Part shown: positions 10,872 through 23,020 of the stretch, piece by piece
How the letters are laid out: every line of letters starts with the position of its first letter
How positions within the stretch are numbered: position 1 is the stretch's first letter
Source: Eledone cirrhosa
Taxonomy: Eukaryota
Assembly: GCA_964016885.1 (NCBI GenBank)
Contig: OZ024741.1
Span: forward strand, 14,260,001-14,324,000
Direction: 5' to 3'
Length of the DNA stretch: 64,000 nt
Notes under the pieces: generated by a model
What the model was told of the DNA's origin: nothing
The model's input: the letters and a program-made list of their open reading frames with translations, nothing else
Databases searched by the model: none
Program-made: the position numbers and the translations under genes

Positions 10872-13661
10872 ATGGCCAATATAAGAGTTGGATGTGTGAA
10901 TGTACGCGGCCTGGGGATACCCTGGAAACGGCAAACTCTTAAACGACCTCAGGTCGCACAGCATGGATGTAGTAGCCATTAGCGAGTCCAAGATCCACAG
11001 CGAGCGACAACTGCCCCCCATCTTCGACGACTTTGATATCTACGCATCTCTCTGTCAGCCGGGAGGTGGAGGTGGGGTTGCCGTTTTGCTGCGGAAACAC
11101 TTGGACCTCGTAACACAGATGGTACATCTGGACCGGAGGGTCGACTGGTGGTCCTAGACGTTGAGGGTAGTGAAGGTGGAGCCTTCAGGCTGGTGGCCGC
11201 ATATGCCCCATCCGGGACACCGCGGCCAGACTTCTTCAAACGTCTAGAGACTTTTCTGGGAACGTCCCGCCCCCTGCTGTTAGTGGGGGACTGGAATGGA
11301 ATCCTAAATGCATGTTGGGACTATGTGGGAGCATAGAGGGGGGTGTAACAGCCTCAAACAGTTAATCGGCCGATTTGACCTGGCCGATAGATATCGACTA
11401 GATTTTCCGACTGTGCCACTGTGGACGTGGACTAAAATCAGCGGAACATCTAGATCGTACCTAGACAGGGTTCTAGTTAGAAAGAAGGATAGGGACATGT
11501 TAAGCTGTCCACAAATGTTCATGGTTGCCTATTCAGATCACAAATTAGTGACCTGCTTAGTCAACCTTGACAAAACCCATAGACAGGGACTCGGCTACTG
11601 GAAGCTGAACTTGTCGTTACCGACATGCAAAGCCTACAGTAGACCGATTAGCACTTTAGTTAAGCAGCACTTGACGGGGGTCATTGTCAACAACAGATGG
11701 TTGTACTCTCTCAAGAGGGCAGTTAGATTAGACTCGATAGGTTTTAGTAATGAATTAGTGTTAGATAGAAATAAGACCGAAAAGGAACTGGTAGATAAAG
11801 TAGAAGAGGCACTTAGGAGTGGCAACGTAGCCAGCGTGCTAGCGACGAGAACGGCCTTGGACCAGTTCTTCGACGCAAAGCATGAAGGCTGCGTTGTCAG
11901 AAGCAAAATACGTGCTCTGGGAAAACAGGGAGCCAAAGCCAGTAGCTGGGCCCGAGTGACGGAGACGAAAAGTGGCAACAAGTCCACGATTCGGTCTTTG
12001 AAGGACCAAGACGGACGCGTGATACGTGAGCCGAAGCAAATGTGCGCGGCCTTTCAGCGGCACTTTGCTCAACTGTTCGAGCAGGGCGGCGCGCCGGGAG
12101 GGGCTATGGATTTCGGTTCATACCTCGACGGCCTACCGCGACTCTCGGACAGCGAGGCGAAGTTCTGCGAAAGGCCGATTTCGGCCACTGAGATAGGGGA
12201 CGCGCTGAACCAATGCGGTAAACGCAAATCTCCAGGTCTCGACGGTCTACCCTACGAATTTTACATAGCAATGCCGGACTTATTCTCCGGACTCCTGGAA
12301 GCGGTCTACTGCAACTGGCAGCAGAACGGGAGAAATCCCAGTTCTGTGACCAAGCGCGTAATCACGTTAGTCAGGAAGGACAAGAACAAGGGGGATGACA
12401 TAGGCAACTTCCGGCCCATAACTCTGCTCAACACAGAGTTACAGATTTTGGCCAAGGTGTTGTCAAAGAGGCTGGCGCTTGTCGTCGAAAACCTGGTGGG
12501 AGAAGCGCAGACATGCGCAATCCCGACCAGGTCCATACACGACAACCTCCACCTCATGCGATACATCATAGAGAGGGTAGGGTGCAAACCCAGCTTCGGT
12601 GGAGCCCTGATCAAATTGGATCAGTCTAAGGCATTCGATAGGGTTGACCATCGTTACCTGGATGCGGTGCTCGAGGCGGCAGGCTTTGGCCCCATGTTCA
12701 GCGGCTGGATTGCTGCAATGCACAACAGCAACATCTGCTGAAGGGTCAAGGTCAACGGCTACCTCTCGGAGCAGTTCCATATCACGCGATCCATCCGACA
12801 GGGATGCCCTCTCTCCTCCCTTCTGTACGTACTGACTCTCGAGCCACTACTGCGGAAGTTGGAGCTATTGCAGGGCATACCTTTGGAACCGGGACTGCGA
12901 AAAGCGGAGTCAGCCTACGCCGACGACGTGACAGTAATGGTGTCGAGCACCTCGCAAATCGAGGAGATCGGTACCTTACTGGAGGAATACGAAAGGTTCA
13001 CAGGAGCGAAGCTGAACCGGGACAAATCCGTCGGTTTGCAACTCGGAACGTGGAGAGGCAAACCGATGCCTTCCGATGACGTCGTCGGACGCTGAACGGA
13101 AGACACCGGTAAAGCTGCTCGGGGTCTGGTTTGGTCCTGACCTCCAGGTGGAGAAGAACTGGAACGAGGTGACGGCCAAGGTGTTTGTGCTCACCCAGAA
13201 GTGGGCCGAGTGCAAACTATCCTTGAAAGGTCGAGCGGAGGTGGCGAACACTTTTATAGCGTCCGTCATCTACTACCGCTTGACCGTAGTGCATTGTCCA
13301 GCCAAAACCGCTCACCAAAATGGAGCGCGCGCTCTTCCAATTCCTTTGGAAGAAACGGGCTCCTTTGGTGAGAAGATCCATCTGCTGCCAGCACCCTTCA
13401 AACGGAGGGCTGGGATGCCGTGGCTGACGATGCGCAAACACGCGCTCAGGCTGCGGCACCTCCACGTATTCCTCACCAGACAACAGGTGTGGGCCCCGTT
13501 CGTGAGGCGAGCCTTCACATGAGTCGTCTCGCTGACCGAGCTGCAGTCCTGGGTCAAGTAAAGACCGAGGAAAATGGGCGACTGGCACATTGAATGAGCT
13601 CAGGCGCTCACAGCCCTCTGGCAAACGGACCCGGCCATCAGTGGACCCTCCACTTCGACAT
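10872..13661 (+). pseudogene. APE endonuclease/reverse transcriptase ORF2 of copy C, disrupted
   Basis: Pieces 10900-11157, 11148-11336, 11308-12741, 12859-13095 and 13076-13522 are collinear with ORF2 of copy F. Confidence 0.9.
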
Positions 13662-14023
13662 GGATCAAACCAGATCCCGAGCAGCTTTACCGGTGTCTTC
13701 CGTCCAGCGTCCGACGACGTCATCGGAAGGCATCGGTTTGCCTCTCCACGTTCCGAGTTGCAAACCGACGGATTTGTCCCGGTTCAGCTTCGCTCCTGTG
13801 AACCTTTCGTATTCCTCCAGTAAGGTGCCGATCTCCCCGATTTGCGAGGTGCTCGACACCATTACTGTCACGTCATCGGCGTAGGCCGACGCCGCTTTTC
13901 GCAGTCCTGGTTCCAAAGGGATGCCCTGCAATAGCTCCAACTTCCGCAGTAGTGGCTCGAGATGAGAGATAGATAGACAGACAGACAGATACATAGATAG
14001 ATAGACAGACAGATAGATAGATA

Positions 14024-14770
14024 TATTTATTTATTTGCCACAAGGGCGCACAAGAAAATGGGACAATACAAAGACACATGCCGGGGATTTTACATACAGT
14101 CGTGTAAAAAATATAAAACAAACAATTATAACAATCGAAATCCCCAATAGGAGGGCGGCGCCACTAATGGGTTGTTTAATACCCCGTAGATAGAACAAAC
14201 CTCAACTTCAGAAGCGTGTTGTGAAAGTGCTCCTTTCTTCTTTTTGCTCTCTTCTTTAACCTACAGGCTTATAAACAGAGAAGGCCCAATCACTCGGGCC
14301 ATTTTTGCTATATTCACCCACCTTTCAGTAAATTTACTGGGGTGTAGTGCCTCTCTCTCCACCCTGATTCTCCTTCTAAAGTGATACTTAAAGAAGGGAA
14401 TGAGTTGTTGTCCGGAGAGAAAGGCATCTGTCCTCAGTCCTCTCAATCTCGTCCACCATATAACCTCTTTCACCATAGCCACTGTACAGAGGAAAATCGC
14501 CTCTCTTTCATTTTTAAAAGAGGTTGGCGGTTTGATCCTTTCTATGGACTCGGCAGTCAATTGGATTTGTCCCATACGCGACAGCAGTTGTTCTGCATAG
14601 TTCCACAGGTCGGTTACGCGCGGTCAGTGTACAATTGCGTGCAAGACGGTTTAATGTCCTGCACGCATGTTGGACACGTCCTCTGGGAAAGATCCCTGCC
14701 GGGGCGTCCGTGCCTGTAGATCTTATCTCGAACGGGTAGAGCTCCTCGGTAGCACTGCCAGGCCAGGGAC
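14024..14770 (-). mobile_element. Tx1-like copy D, 5'-truncated
   Basis: SLAWQCYRGALPVRDK ... GPSLFISL* plus 3' UTR; GATA repeats on both sides. Confidence 0.9.
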
Positions 14771-14784
14771 AGGTAGATAGATAA

Positions 14785-15765
14785 CTTTCTTTTTATTTGC
14801 CACCAGGGCATCAAAAGTGGGACAAGTACAAAGGGGGGAGTTTACATGCAAAGGCGTCCTCAATATGGAGGAGGCAATAACAAGATATAAAAGTATAAAA
14901 ATAAAATAAAATATAAGAAAATAAATTTTATAACAAAATCCTCAATAGGGAGGATGCGCCTTGGGGGGTTGCACACACCTCCGAAAAAAAGTGTGCAACC
15001 CTTTTCCTCAGGAGCACAGAGAAGGGGGGCTCCCATGGTCTTTCATCTTCCTCACCTATAGTCTGATGTAGAGTGAAGGCCCATTCACACGGGCCATTCC
15101 CGCCACTTTCACTCATCTTTCATAAAAACGGCTGGGGTGCAGCACCTCTTTCTCCATCCTGATCCTTCTTCCGAAATGATATCGGAAGAAACGGACCAGT
15201 TGTTGGCCAGAGAGAAAGGTGTCTGACCTCAGTCCTTTCAGACGCGTCCACCATACAACCTCTTTCGCCATGGCTATTACGCACAGAAACACCGCCTCTC
15301 CTTCGTTTTTGAAGAGGGGAGGCGGCTTGATCGTTACAATAGACTCGGTGGTCAACCGGATCGGTCCCACCCTTGACAGCAGTTGTTCGACATAGCCCCA
15401 CAGATCAGCAATGCCCGAGCAGTGTACCAATGCGTGTGCAACGGTTTCCTCGTCGCACACGCATCTGGGACAGATCTTTTTCGAGGGGTCCCTACCCGGG
15501 CGCCCGTGTCTGTAGAGCCTTTCTCGAACGGGCAGAGCTCCTCGGTAGCACTGCCAGGCCACGGACCTCTGGAAGTTATCCATGGGTCCCGGGCTGAATG
15601 TCCTACCGAACAGGTTGTCCAGTTCGTCTTCATCCATGCCTAGGGCTTCTCCGAGGGCGTCGTCGCACCTGCTAACCACCAGCCCTCTATAGAATGACGT
15701 GGTGGATTCTCCACTGACAGCCGGGTCCGCCTGCCAGAGAGCCGTGAGCGCCTGGGCACACTCGG
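14785..15765 (-). mobile_element. Tx1-like copy E, 5'-truncated
   Basis: TECAQALTALWQ ... HPSRFYER; 3' UTR closely similar to copy F; GATA repeats on both sides. Confidence 0.9.
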
Positions 15766-16102
15766 TAGATAGATAGATAGATATGTTTCTTTTATTTGCC
15801 ACCAGGGCATCAAAAGTGGGACAAGTACAATGGGGGGAGTTTACACAACAAGGCGTCCTCAATAGGGAGGAGGCAATAACAATATATAAAAATAAAATAA
15901 AATATAACAAAAAATAGAATTATAACAAAATCCTCAATAGAGGATTTTGTTATAAAATATAACAAAAAATAAAATTTATGACAAAATCCTCAATAGAGAG
16001 GAGGCGCCTTGGGGGGTCGCACACACCCCCGAAAAAAGTGTGCAACCCTTTTCCTCAGGAGCACAGAGAGGGGGTGCTCCCTCGTTCCTTCCTCTTTTCC
16101 AC

Positions 16103-19100
16103 CTACAGGCTTATGTAAAGGGAAGGCCCATTCACACGGGCCATTCTCGTCACTTTCACCCACCTTTCATAAAAACGACTGGGGTGGAGCACCTCTCTCT
16201 CCATCCTGATCCTTCTTCCGAAATGATATCGGAAGAAACGGACCAGTTGTTGGCCAGAGAGAAAGGTGCCTGACCTCAGTCCTTTCAGACGCGTCCACCA
16301 TACAACTTCTTTCACCATGGCTATTACGTACAGAAACACCGCCTCTCCTTCATCTTTGAAGGGGGGAGGCGGCTTGATTATTACAATAGACTCGGTGGTC
16401 AACCGGATCGGTCCCACCCTTGACAGCAGTTGTTCGACATAGCCCCACAGATCGGCTACGCCCGAGCAGTGTACCAATGCGTGTGCAACGGTTTCCTCGT
16501 CGCACACGCATCTGGGACAGATCTTTTTGGCGGGGTCCCTACCCGGGCGCCCGTGTCTGTAGAGCTTTTCTCGAACGGGTAGAGCCCCTCGGTAGCACTG
16601 CCAGGCCAGGGACTTCTGGAAGTTGTCCATAGGCCCTGGGCTGAATGTCCTACCGAACAGGCTGGCCAGTTCGTCCTCCTCCATGTCTAGGGCTTCTCCG
16701 AGGGCGTCGTCGCACCTGCTGCGTACCAGCCCTCTATAGAATGTTGCGGTGGAGTCTCCACTGATAACCGGATCCGCCTGCCAGAGGGCGGTGAGCGCCT
16801 GGGCACACTCAGTGTGCCAGGCGCCCAGTTTTCTCGGTCTTTGCTTGACCCAGGATTGCAGCTCGGTGAGTGAGACGAGTCTGGGAAAGGTTCGTCTCAC
16901 AAACGAGGCCCACACCGGTTTACCGGTGAGGAATACGTAGAGGTGCCGTAGCCTTAATGCGTGTTTACGCATCATTAGCCACGGCATTCGCAGCCCTCCT
17001 TTCGAAGGGTGTTGACAGCAGATGGATCTCCTCACCATAGGAGCCCGCCTCTTCCAAAGGAATTGGAAGAGAACGCGCTCCATCTTGGTGAGGGTTTCCC
17101 TTGGGCAGGGCACTACGGTCAGGCGGTAGTAGATGATGGACGCTATATAGATGTTCGCCACCTCCGCCCGACCTTTCAGGGATAGTTTGCAACTGGCCCA
17201 CTTCTGGGTCAGTGCAAACACCCTGTTCGTAACCTCCGCCCAGTTTTTCTCCACCTGGAGGTCCGGTCCGAACCAGACCCCGAGCAACTTCACCGGGCCC
17301 TCCGTCCAGCGTCCGACGACGCCATCGGAGGGCATCGGTCTGCCCCTCCACGTGCCGAGTTGCAAACCGATCGACTTGTCCTGGTTCAGCTTAGCCCCTG
17401 TGAACCTTTCGTACTCCTCCAGTAAGGTGCCGACCGCCTCGATTTCGGAGGCCGTCGACACCATTACTGTCACGTCATCGGCGTAGGCCGACACCGCTTT
17501 CCGCAATCCCGGTTCCAAAGGGATGCTCTGCAACAACTCCAACTTCCGCAGTAGTGGCTCGAGAGTCAACACATACAGAAGGGAGGAGAGAGGGCACCCT
17601 TGTCGGATGGACCGCGCGATTTTGAACGGCTCCGAGAGGTAGCCGTTCACCTTGACCCTAGAGCAGATGCGGATGCTGTGCATAGCAGTGATCCAGCCCC
17701 TGAAAACGGGTCCGAAGCCTGCCGCCGCTAGCACCGCACCCAGGTAACCATGGTCGACCCTATCGAACGCCTTAGATTGATCCAAGTTGATCAGAGCCCC
17801 ACCAAAGCCGGGTTCGTTCCCAATCCTCTCTATGATGTATCGCATGAGGTGGAGGTTGTCATGGATGGACCTGGACGGGATAGCGCATGTCTGCGCATCT
17901 CCCACCAGGTTGCCCACGACAAGCGCCAACCTCTTTGCTAGCACCTTGGCCAAAATCTGTAACTCTGTATTTAGCAGAGTTATGGGCCTGAAGTTACTTA
18001 TTTCGTCCCCCTTGTTCTCGTCCTTCCTCACTAGCGTGACTACGCCCTTGGTCACAGTACAAGGAATTCTCCCGTTCTGTTGCCAGTTGCAGTAGACCGC
18101 CTCGAGGAGATCGGGGAACAAGTCCGGCATAGCTAGATATAATTCGTAAGGAAGACCATCGAGACCCGGGGATTTGCGTTTGCCGCATTGGCCCAGCACG
18201 TCCTCTATCTCAGCGGCCGAAATCGGCTCCTCGCAGGACTTCGCCTCCCTGTCCGAGAGACGCGGCAGGCCGTCGAGGTATGGACCGAAGTCCACATTCC
18301 CAACCGGCTCCCCGCCCCTCCCGAACAGTCGGGCAAAGTGCCTTTGAAAGCCCTCACACATCTGCTTAGGCTCAAGAATCGCCCGTCCATCCAGGTCTCG
18401 CAAAGATAGTGGATTTAGTTCCACTGTTGGCCTCTGTCACGCGGGCCCAGCTAACAGCTTTGGTCCCCTCGATCCCTAGAGCACGTATTTTACTTCGGAC
18501 AACGCAGCCTTCGTGCTTCGCGTCGAAAAACTGGCTCAAAGCCGTTCTCGACGCTAGCACTCTGGCCACGTCGCCGCTTCTAATTGCCTCTTCTACTCCA
18601 TCTATTAGCTCCCTTTCCTTCCTATTCCTATCCGCAGCTAGAACCTTACTAAATTCTATCGAGACTACTCTAATCTCTCTCTTTAGAGATACCCACCACC
18701 TACTGTTGACGATCGCTCCAGTCAATCGTTCCTTAACTAACGTACTAATCCGATCCCTGTAGGCTCTACTTGCCGGCAAGGACAAGTTGAGCTTCCAGTA
18801 ACCGGGGCCCTGTCTATGCGTTCTATCAAGGTTGACCATGCAGGTCACCAACTTGTGGTCTGAATAGCCAACCATGAGCATTTCTGGACAACTTAAAAAT
18901 TCCCTGTCCTTATTTCTAACTAAAAATCTATCTAGGTACGACCTAGATGATCCGCTGCGATTTGACCAAGACCAGGTTGGCACCGTCGGAAAATCTAGTC
19001 GAAATCTATCGGCCAGGTCAAATCGGCCGAGTAACCCCTTGAGGCTGTTGCACCCCTCTCTGTCGGGACATGCCCCTGCATAGTCCCAACGTGCATCCAG

Positions 19101-19535
19101 GATACCATTCCAATCCCCCACTAAAAGCAGGGAACGGGACGTCCATAGAAAAGACTCCAGACGCTGGAAAAAGTCGGGCCGCTCTGTCCCAAAAGGGGCA
19201 TATGCGGCTACCAGCCTAAAGGCTCCACCTTCACCACTGCCAAGGTCCAGCACCACCAGTCGACCCCCTGGGTCCAAGTGAACTATCTGTGTTGCAAGGC
19301 CCATATGTTTTTGCAGCAGAACGACAACCCCACCCCCACCTCCGGGCTGACAGAGAGATGCGTGCATCTCAAAGTCGTCAAAGGTGGGGGCTAGCTGTCG
19401 CATGCTGCTGATCCGGGCCTCGCAGATAACCATCACATTTATAGATTGTGACCTGAGGTCATTTAGAAGCATTGCTTGCTTCCAAGACGAGCCCAGGCCA
19501 CGCGCATTTAGACACCCTACTCTTAGCACAGCCAT
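16103..19535 (-). pseudogene. ORF2 of copy F (APE endonuclease, RT, C-terminal zinc finger), single frameshift near 18410
   Basis: ORFs 18372-19559 (GCLNARGL, GDWN, YLDR, SDH) and 16103-18424 (SIRQGCPLS, YADD, CPRC..HALVHC) overlap; a small deletion relative to copy C follows KSTI. Confidence 0.92.
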
Positions 19536-19559
19536 GTTGGTGGTAAGGAGAAAAGGCAC

Positions 19560-21221
19560 TTACCTCTCTGCGTCCCGGGAAGCGGGCCGCTCAATTTCCA
19601 TGCTGGTTGGGGATGGGTTGTTGGGTGGGGTGGTGGTTTGTTGAAGTGAAGGGGCATCGGTGTGTTGTGGGGTTGGGGTGTTTGTGGTTGAGTGGGTGTC
19701 TGGGTGGGGTGGGGTGGGGGTGAAATTTTTTAGGAGGACGCGGTTGATTGGTTTGGCGCAGGGGGGGGGGGGGCACGTCCTCCGTGAAATTTATTTTCAG
19801 TGTTTTGTACAAGTTCATTGGGACTTTTATCATTTTTAAATGAGGTAGTCCCACAGCAGTTATAAAGTTAGGCCCTTCAGTTTGGACCGAAGGGTTTGCT
19901 GAAATTGTTTTCCGTAATTCTTTGTTGTCTGTGTTCATATATGTATATTGTAAGGTCTTTTTTTGTGTAGCAGTTAGTGTTGTGTGACAGGGAGGGGTGG
20001 TTTGTGTGTAGTTTGTGTTCTCTTGCGAGGGGGGGGGGGGTTAAAGTTAACATGTGTGTCTGTGGTGCGTCTCCTCTTCTTTCTTTTTACTTGTTGGAAG
20101 GGATCTTTTTCGTCTTGCGACGAAAGGGGTTCGTCTTCCTTGTTGGGTGGGAGGGGTATGTTTTCTGGTAGTGTTTGCGGTGTGTGTTTTTGTATTTGTT
20201 TTGGGTGGGGAGGGATTGGGTGGGACAGTATTCTGTGTTATTTTTTCACGTGTTTGTTGTTGTTGTTGTGGTGGTGGTGGTGGTGTGGTTGTTGGTTTTT
20301 GTTGTTGTTGTTGTTGTGGTTGTTTTTGTTGTTGTAGTTGGGGTGGTGTTGGTGTTGGTAGCAGTGTTTTTTTCTGTGTGAGCTGGGGACAGGCAGCCCT
20401 CAGGTGACCTCTATTGCCACAGAGGTAACAGGAGGGACGCCTACCCTCCACAATAATGTTGAGGTGGGTACGGTCATCCAGCATGACGCGCTCAGGGATT
20501 TGGGCGATGCGTTCTGGCCTTATTTGGGTCAGAACTTCGAGGCTCGTTCCACTGAACGCGTCGCCGGATGCCTTCCCTATTGAAATGAGGTTGTCCTCGT
20601 CTAAATTGAGGAAACCGGTTAGTAACCACCAGTAGTTTATGTTTGGGGTGATGGTGGTTATCCATATCCTCTGGGTTTTTTTACCCATGTAGGTGGGGAA
20701 GAAGGTGTAGTGTGTGGAACGAATTGGCGACACAGAGTATTTTTTCGCCGCCAATTCGTCTTTCATCAATATGGATAAACTCCCATAGAGTTCATCCTTT
20801 TGTATAAAAGTGATATCTCTCATCGCGTCTTTCAAGACTAACTGAATTTCCGCTTGAGATGGTTGTGCTGGCTTCTTTGTTTTATTTGAAATTGTTCGGA
20901 ATACGACAGTTCGTAATTACGTCTGTCTTTTTAGTTCTGGAGGTGAATGTATAGAAAACGAACCGTTTTTGCCAAAAGATACATATTTCTTGGCTTTTTC
21001 CAGCATTTCTTTTGCTTTTGAAATATCTTCAAGCACATACGCGACTGATAATTTAGCCGTTTGTGCAAAAGATATTTTGTTTTCGCTTTGGATTTTAGTA
21101 TTGTTTTGTTTCTCGTCGTTTGAGTTGTTTTCATCTTTGTTGTTGTTGTTGTCTTTCTCGTTTGGTGTGTGGATACTTGTGACGTTTGTGTTGTTGTTGT
21201 TTTTGTTGTCTTTATTGTTGC

Positions 21222-21252
<31 letters not shown>

Positions 21253-21441
21253 GTTGTTTTCAAATTCGTGTATAGTTGTGGCTACATCTAGTGGTCGGTC
21301 AACAGGTGAAGACAATTCTTCCTCTCTCTGACCTCTGCCTTTGGCATCTGCTGCTGTGACAGTGGCAGGGGGAAGCTGTGAGTATGACTTCCCCTTTCCT
21401 TCTTTGATTGATGGTGAAGATGCTTCAGCCATTTTTCTCAA
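19560..21441 (-). pseudogene. ORF1 of copy F (gag-like, CCHC), in-frame stop at 20917 and later frameshifts
   Basis: 20917-21441 and 20047-20835 share a frame; CYLCGNRGHLRAAC knuckle. Confidence 0.85.
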
Positions 21442-21656
21442 AATAGGGTTTTTCGAAGTTTTTCGAAAGATAAAATGTTCACAATACTATTTCGCCCAAA
21501 GGCGCCGAATATTTTGAGAGACCGACCAGATCAAAATTTGACCTGGCAGTCCCTCTACAAAATGGTACAAAAATGAAAGTTTACAGTTTACAATTTTCGT
21601 ATGAATTTAAACAAAAACTTACCGAGCGAGCTCAGCACATGTGTCCATCGTAAAGA

Positions 21657-21660
21657 GATG

Positions 21661-21702
<42 letters not shown>

Positions 21703-22590
21703 CAGATAAAAAGATAGAGATAGAGATAGATAGCGATATATAGATAGAGAGAGAGAGTGAGAGAAATAAAGAAAGAGAGTGTATATGTGTGGTGTGTATA
21801 TTTGTGTGTGAGTTTGTGTGTTTGTGTGTGTTTGTGTATGTGTTTGTGTGTGTGTTAGTCTGTGAGTTTGCGTGTGTGTTTGTGTGGGTTTGTGTGTGTG
21901 TTTGTGTGTGTGTGTTTGTGTGTGTTTGTGTTTGTGTATGTGTATGTGTTTGTGTGTGTGTGTTTGTATGTGTGTTTGTGTGTGTGTGTGTTTCTGTGTG
22001 TGTTTGTGTGTGTGTGTTTCTGTGAGTGTTTGTGTGTGTGTTTGTGTGTGTTTGTGTGTGAGTTTGTGTGTGTGTTTGTGTGTGTTTGTGTGTGTGTTTC
22101 TGTGAGTTTGTTTGTGTGTTTGTGTGTTTGTTTGTTTGAGTTTGTGTGTATTTGTGTGTGTGTTTGTGTGTGTTTGTGTGTGTGTTTCTGTGTGTATTTC
22201 TGTGAATTTGTGTGTGTTTCTATGAGTTTGTGGTGAAGGTGACAGATGAAAATAGAAAAGCGAATGAAACGCAACTGAAAACATCAGCAACAAACAACTA
22301 AAAACATAGAAAAGGAAAGGAATGGAAAATGAAAGGAAAGGAGAGAGAAATTATTTGAAAGGAATGAAAAGAAAATATGACATGCACTGTCAGGATGTTT
22401 AAAACTGAATGTAAGAAATATATGAAGGAAGCCAGGAAGAAACCCCCCCCTAACACACACATATATAGAGATAGATAGATAGTTAGATAGATACATAGAT
22501 AGATAGATAGATAGATAAACAAACATTCATATATGCAAATACACACACAAACACGCAAACAACCGTTCAAATATTTTCATATATGTACAC

Positions 22591-22651
<61 letters not shown>

Positions 22652-22864
22652 TGTATATATATATATGTATATATGTATATATATATTTACATATATGTAT
22701 ATATGTATACATATACATATATGTATATATGTATGTATATATATATACATATACGTATACGTATGGATAGATGATTATATATATATAAAATACATATATG
22801 GATATATATATGTATATATGTATGTATATATATATATACATATACGTACACGTATGGATATATG

Positions 22865-22913
<49 letters not shown>

Positions 22914-22959
22914 TTGTCTGTGCGTGTGTGTCTGTATATGTATGTATAGATATGTGTGT

Positions 22960-23018
<59 letters not shown>

Positions 23019-23020
23019 CA
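21657..23020. repeat. (GATA)n followed by degenerate (TG)n and (TA)n tracts
   Basis: Read directly from the sequence. Confidence 0.9.

Larger units (their letters stand above)
9313..13962 (+). mobile_element. Tx1-like copy C (ORF1 + most of ORF2, no 3' end, terminal 301-bp inversion)
   Basis: ORF1 with CYHCSRRSHLRASC knuckle. ORF2 from ATG 10872 with APE motifs (ISESK, LVGDWN, YLDRV, SDH) and RT motifs (PGLDG, FRPITLLN, KAFDRV, YADD). Several stops and frameshifts. Confidence 0.92.
15786..21656 (-). mobile_element. Tx1-like copy F, full length (~5.9 kb)
   Basis: 5' UTR, ORF1, ORF2 and 3' UTR with AATAAA; both ends in (GATA)n. Confidence 0.93.
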
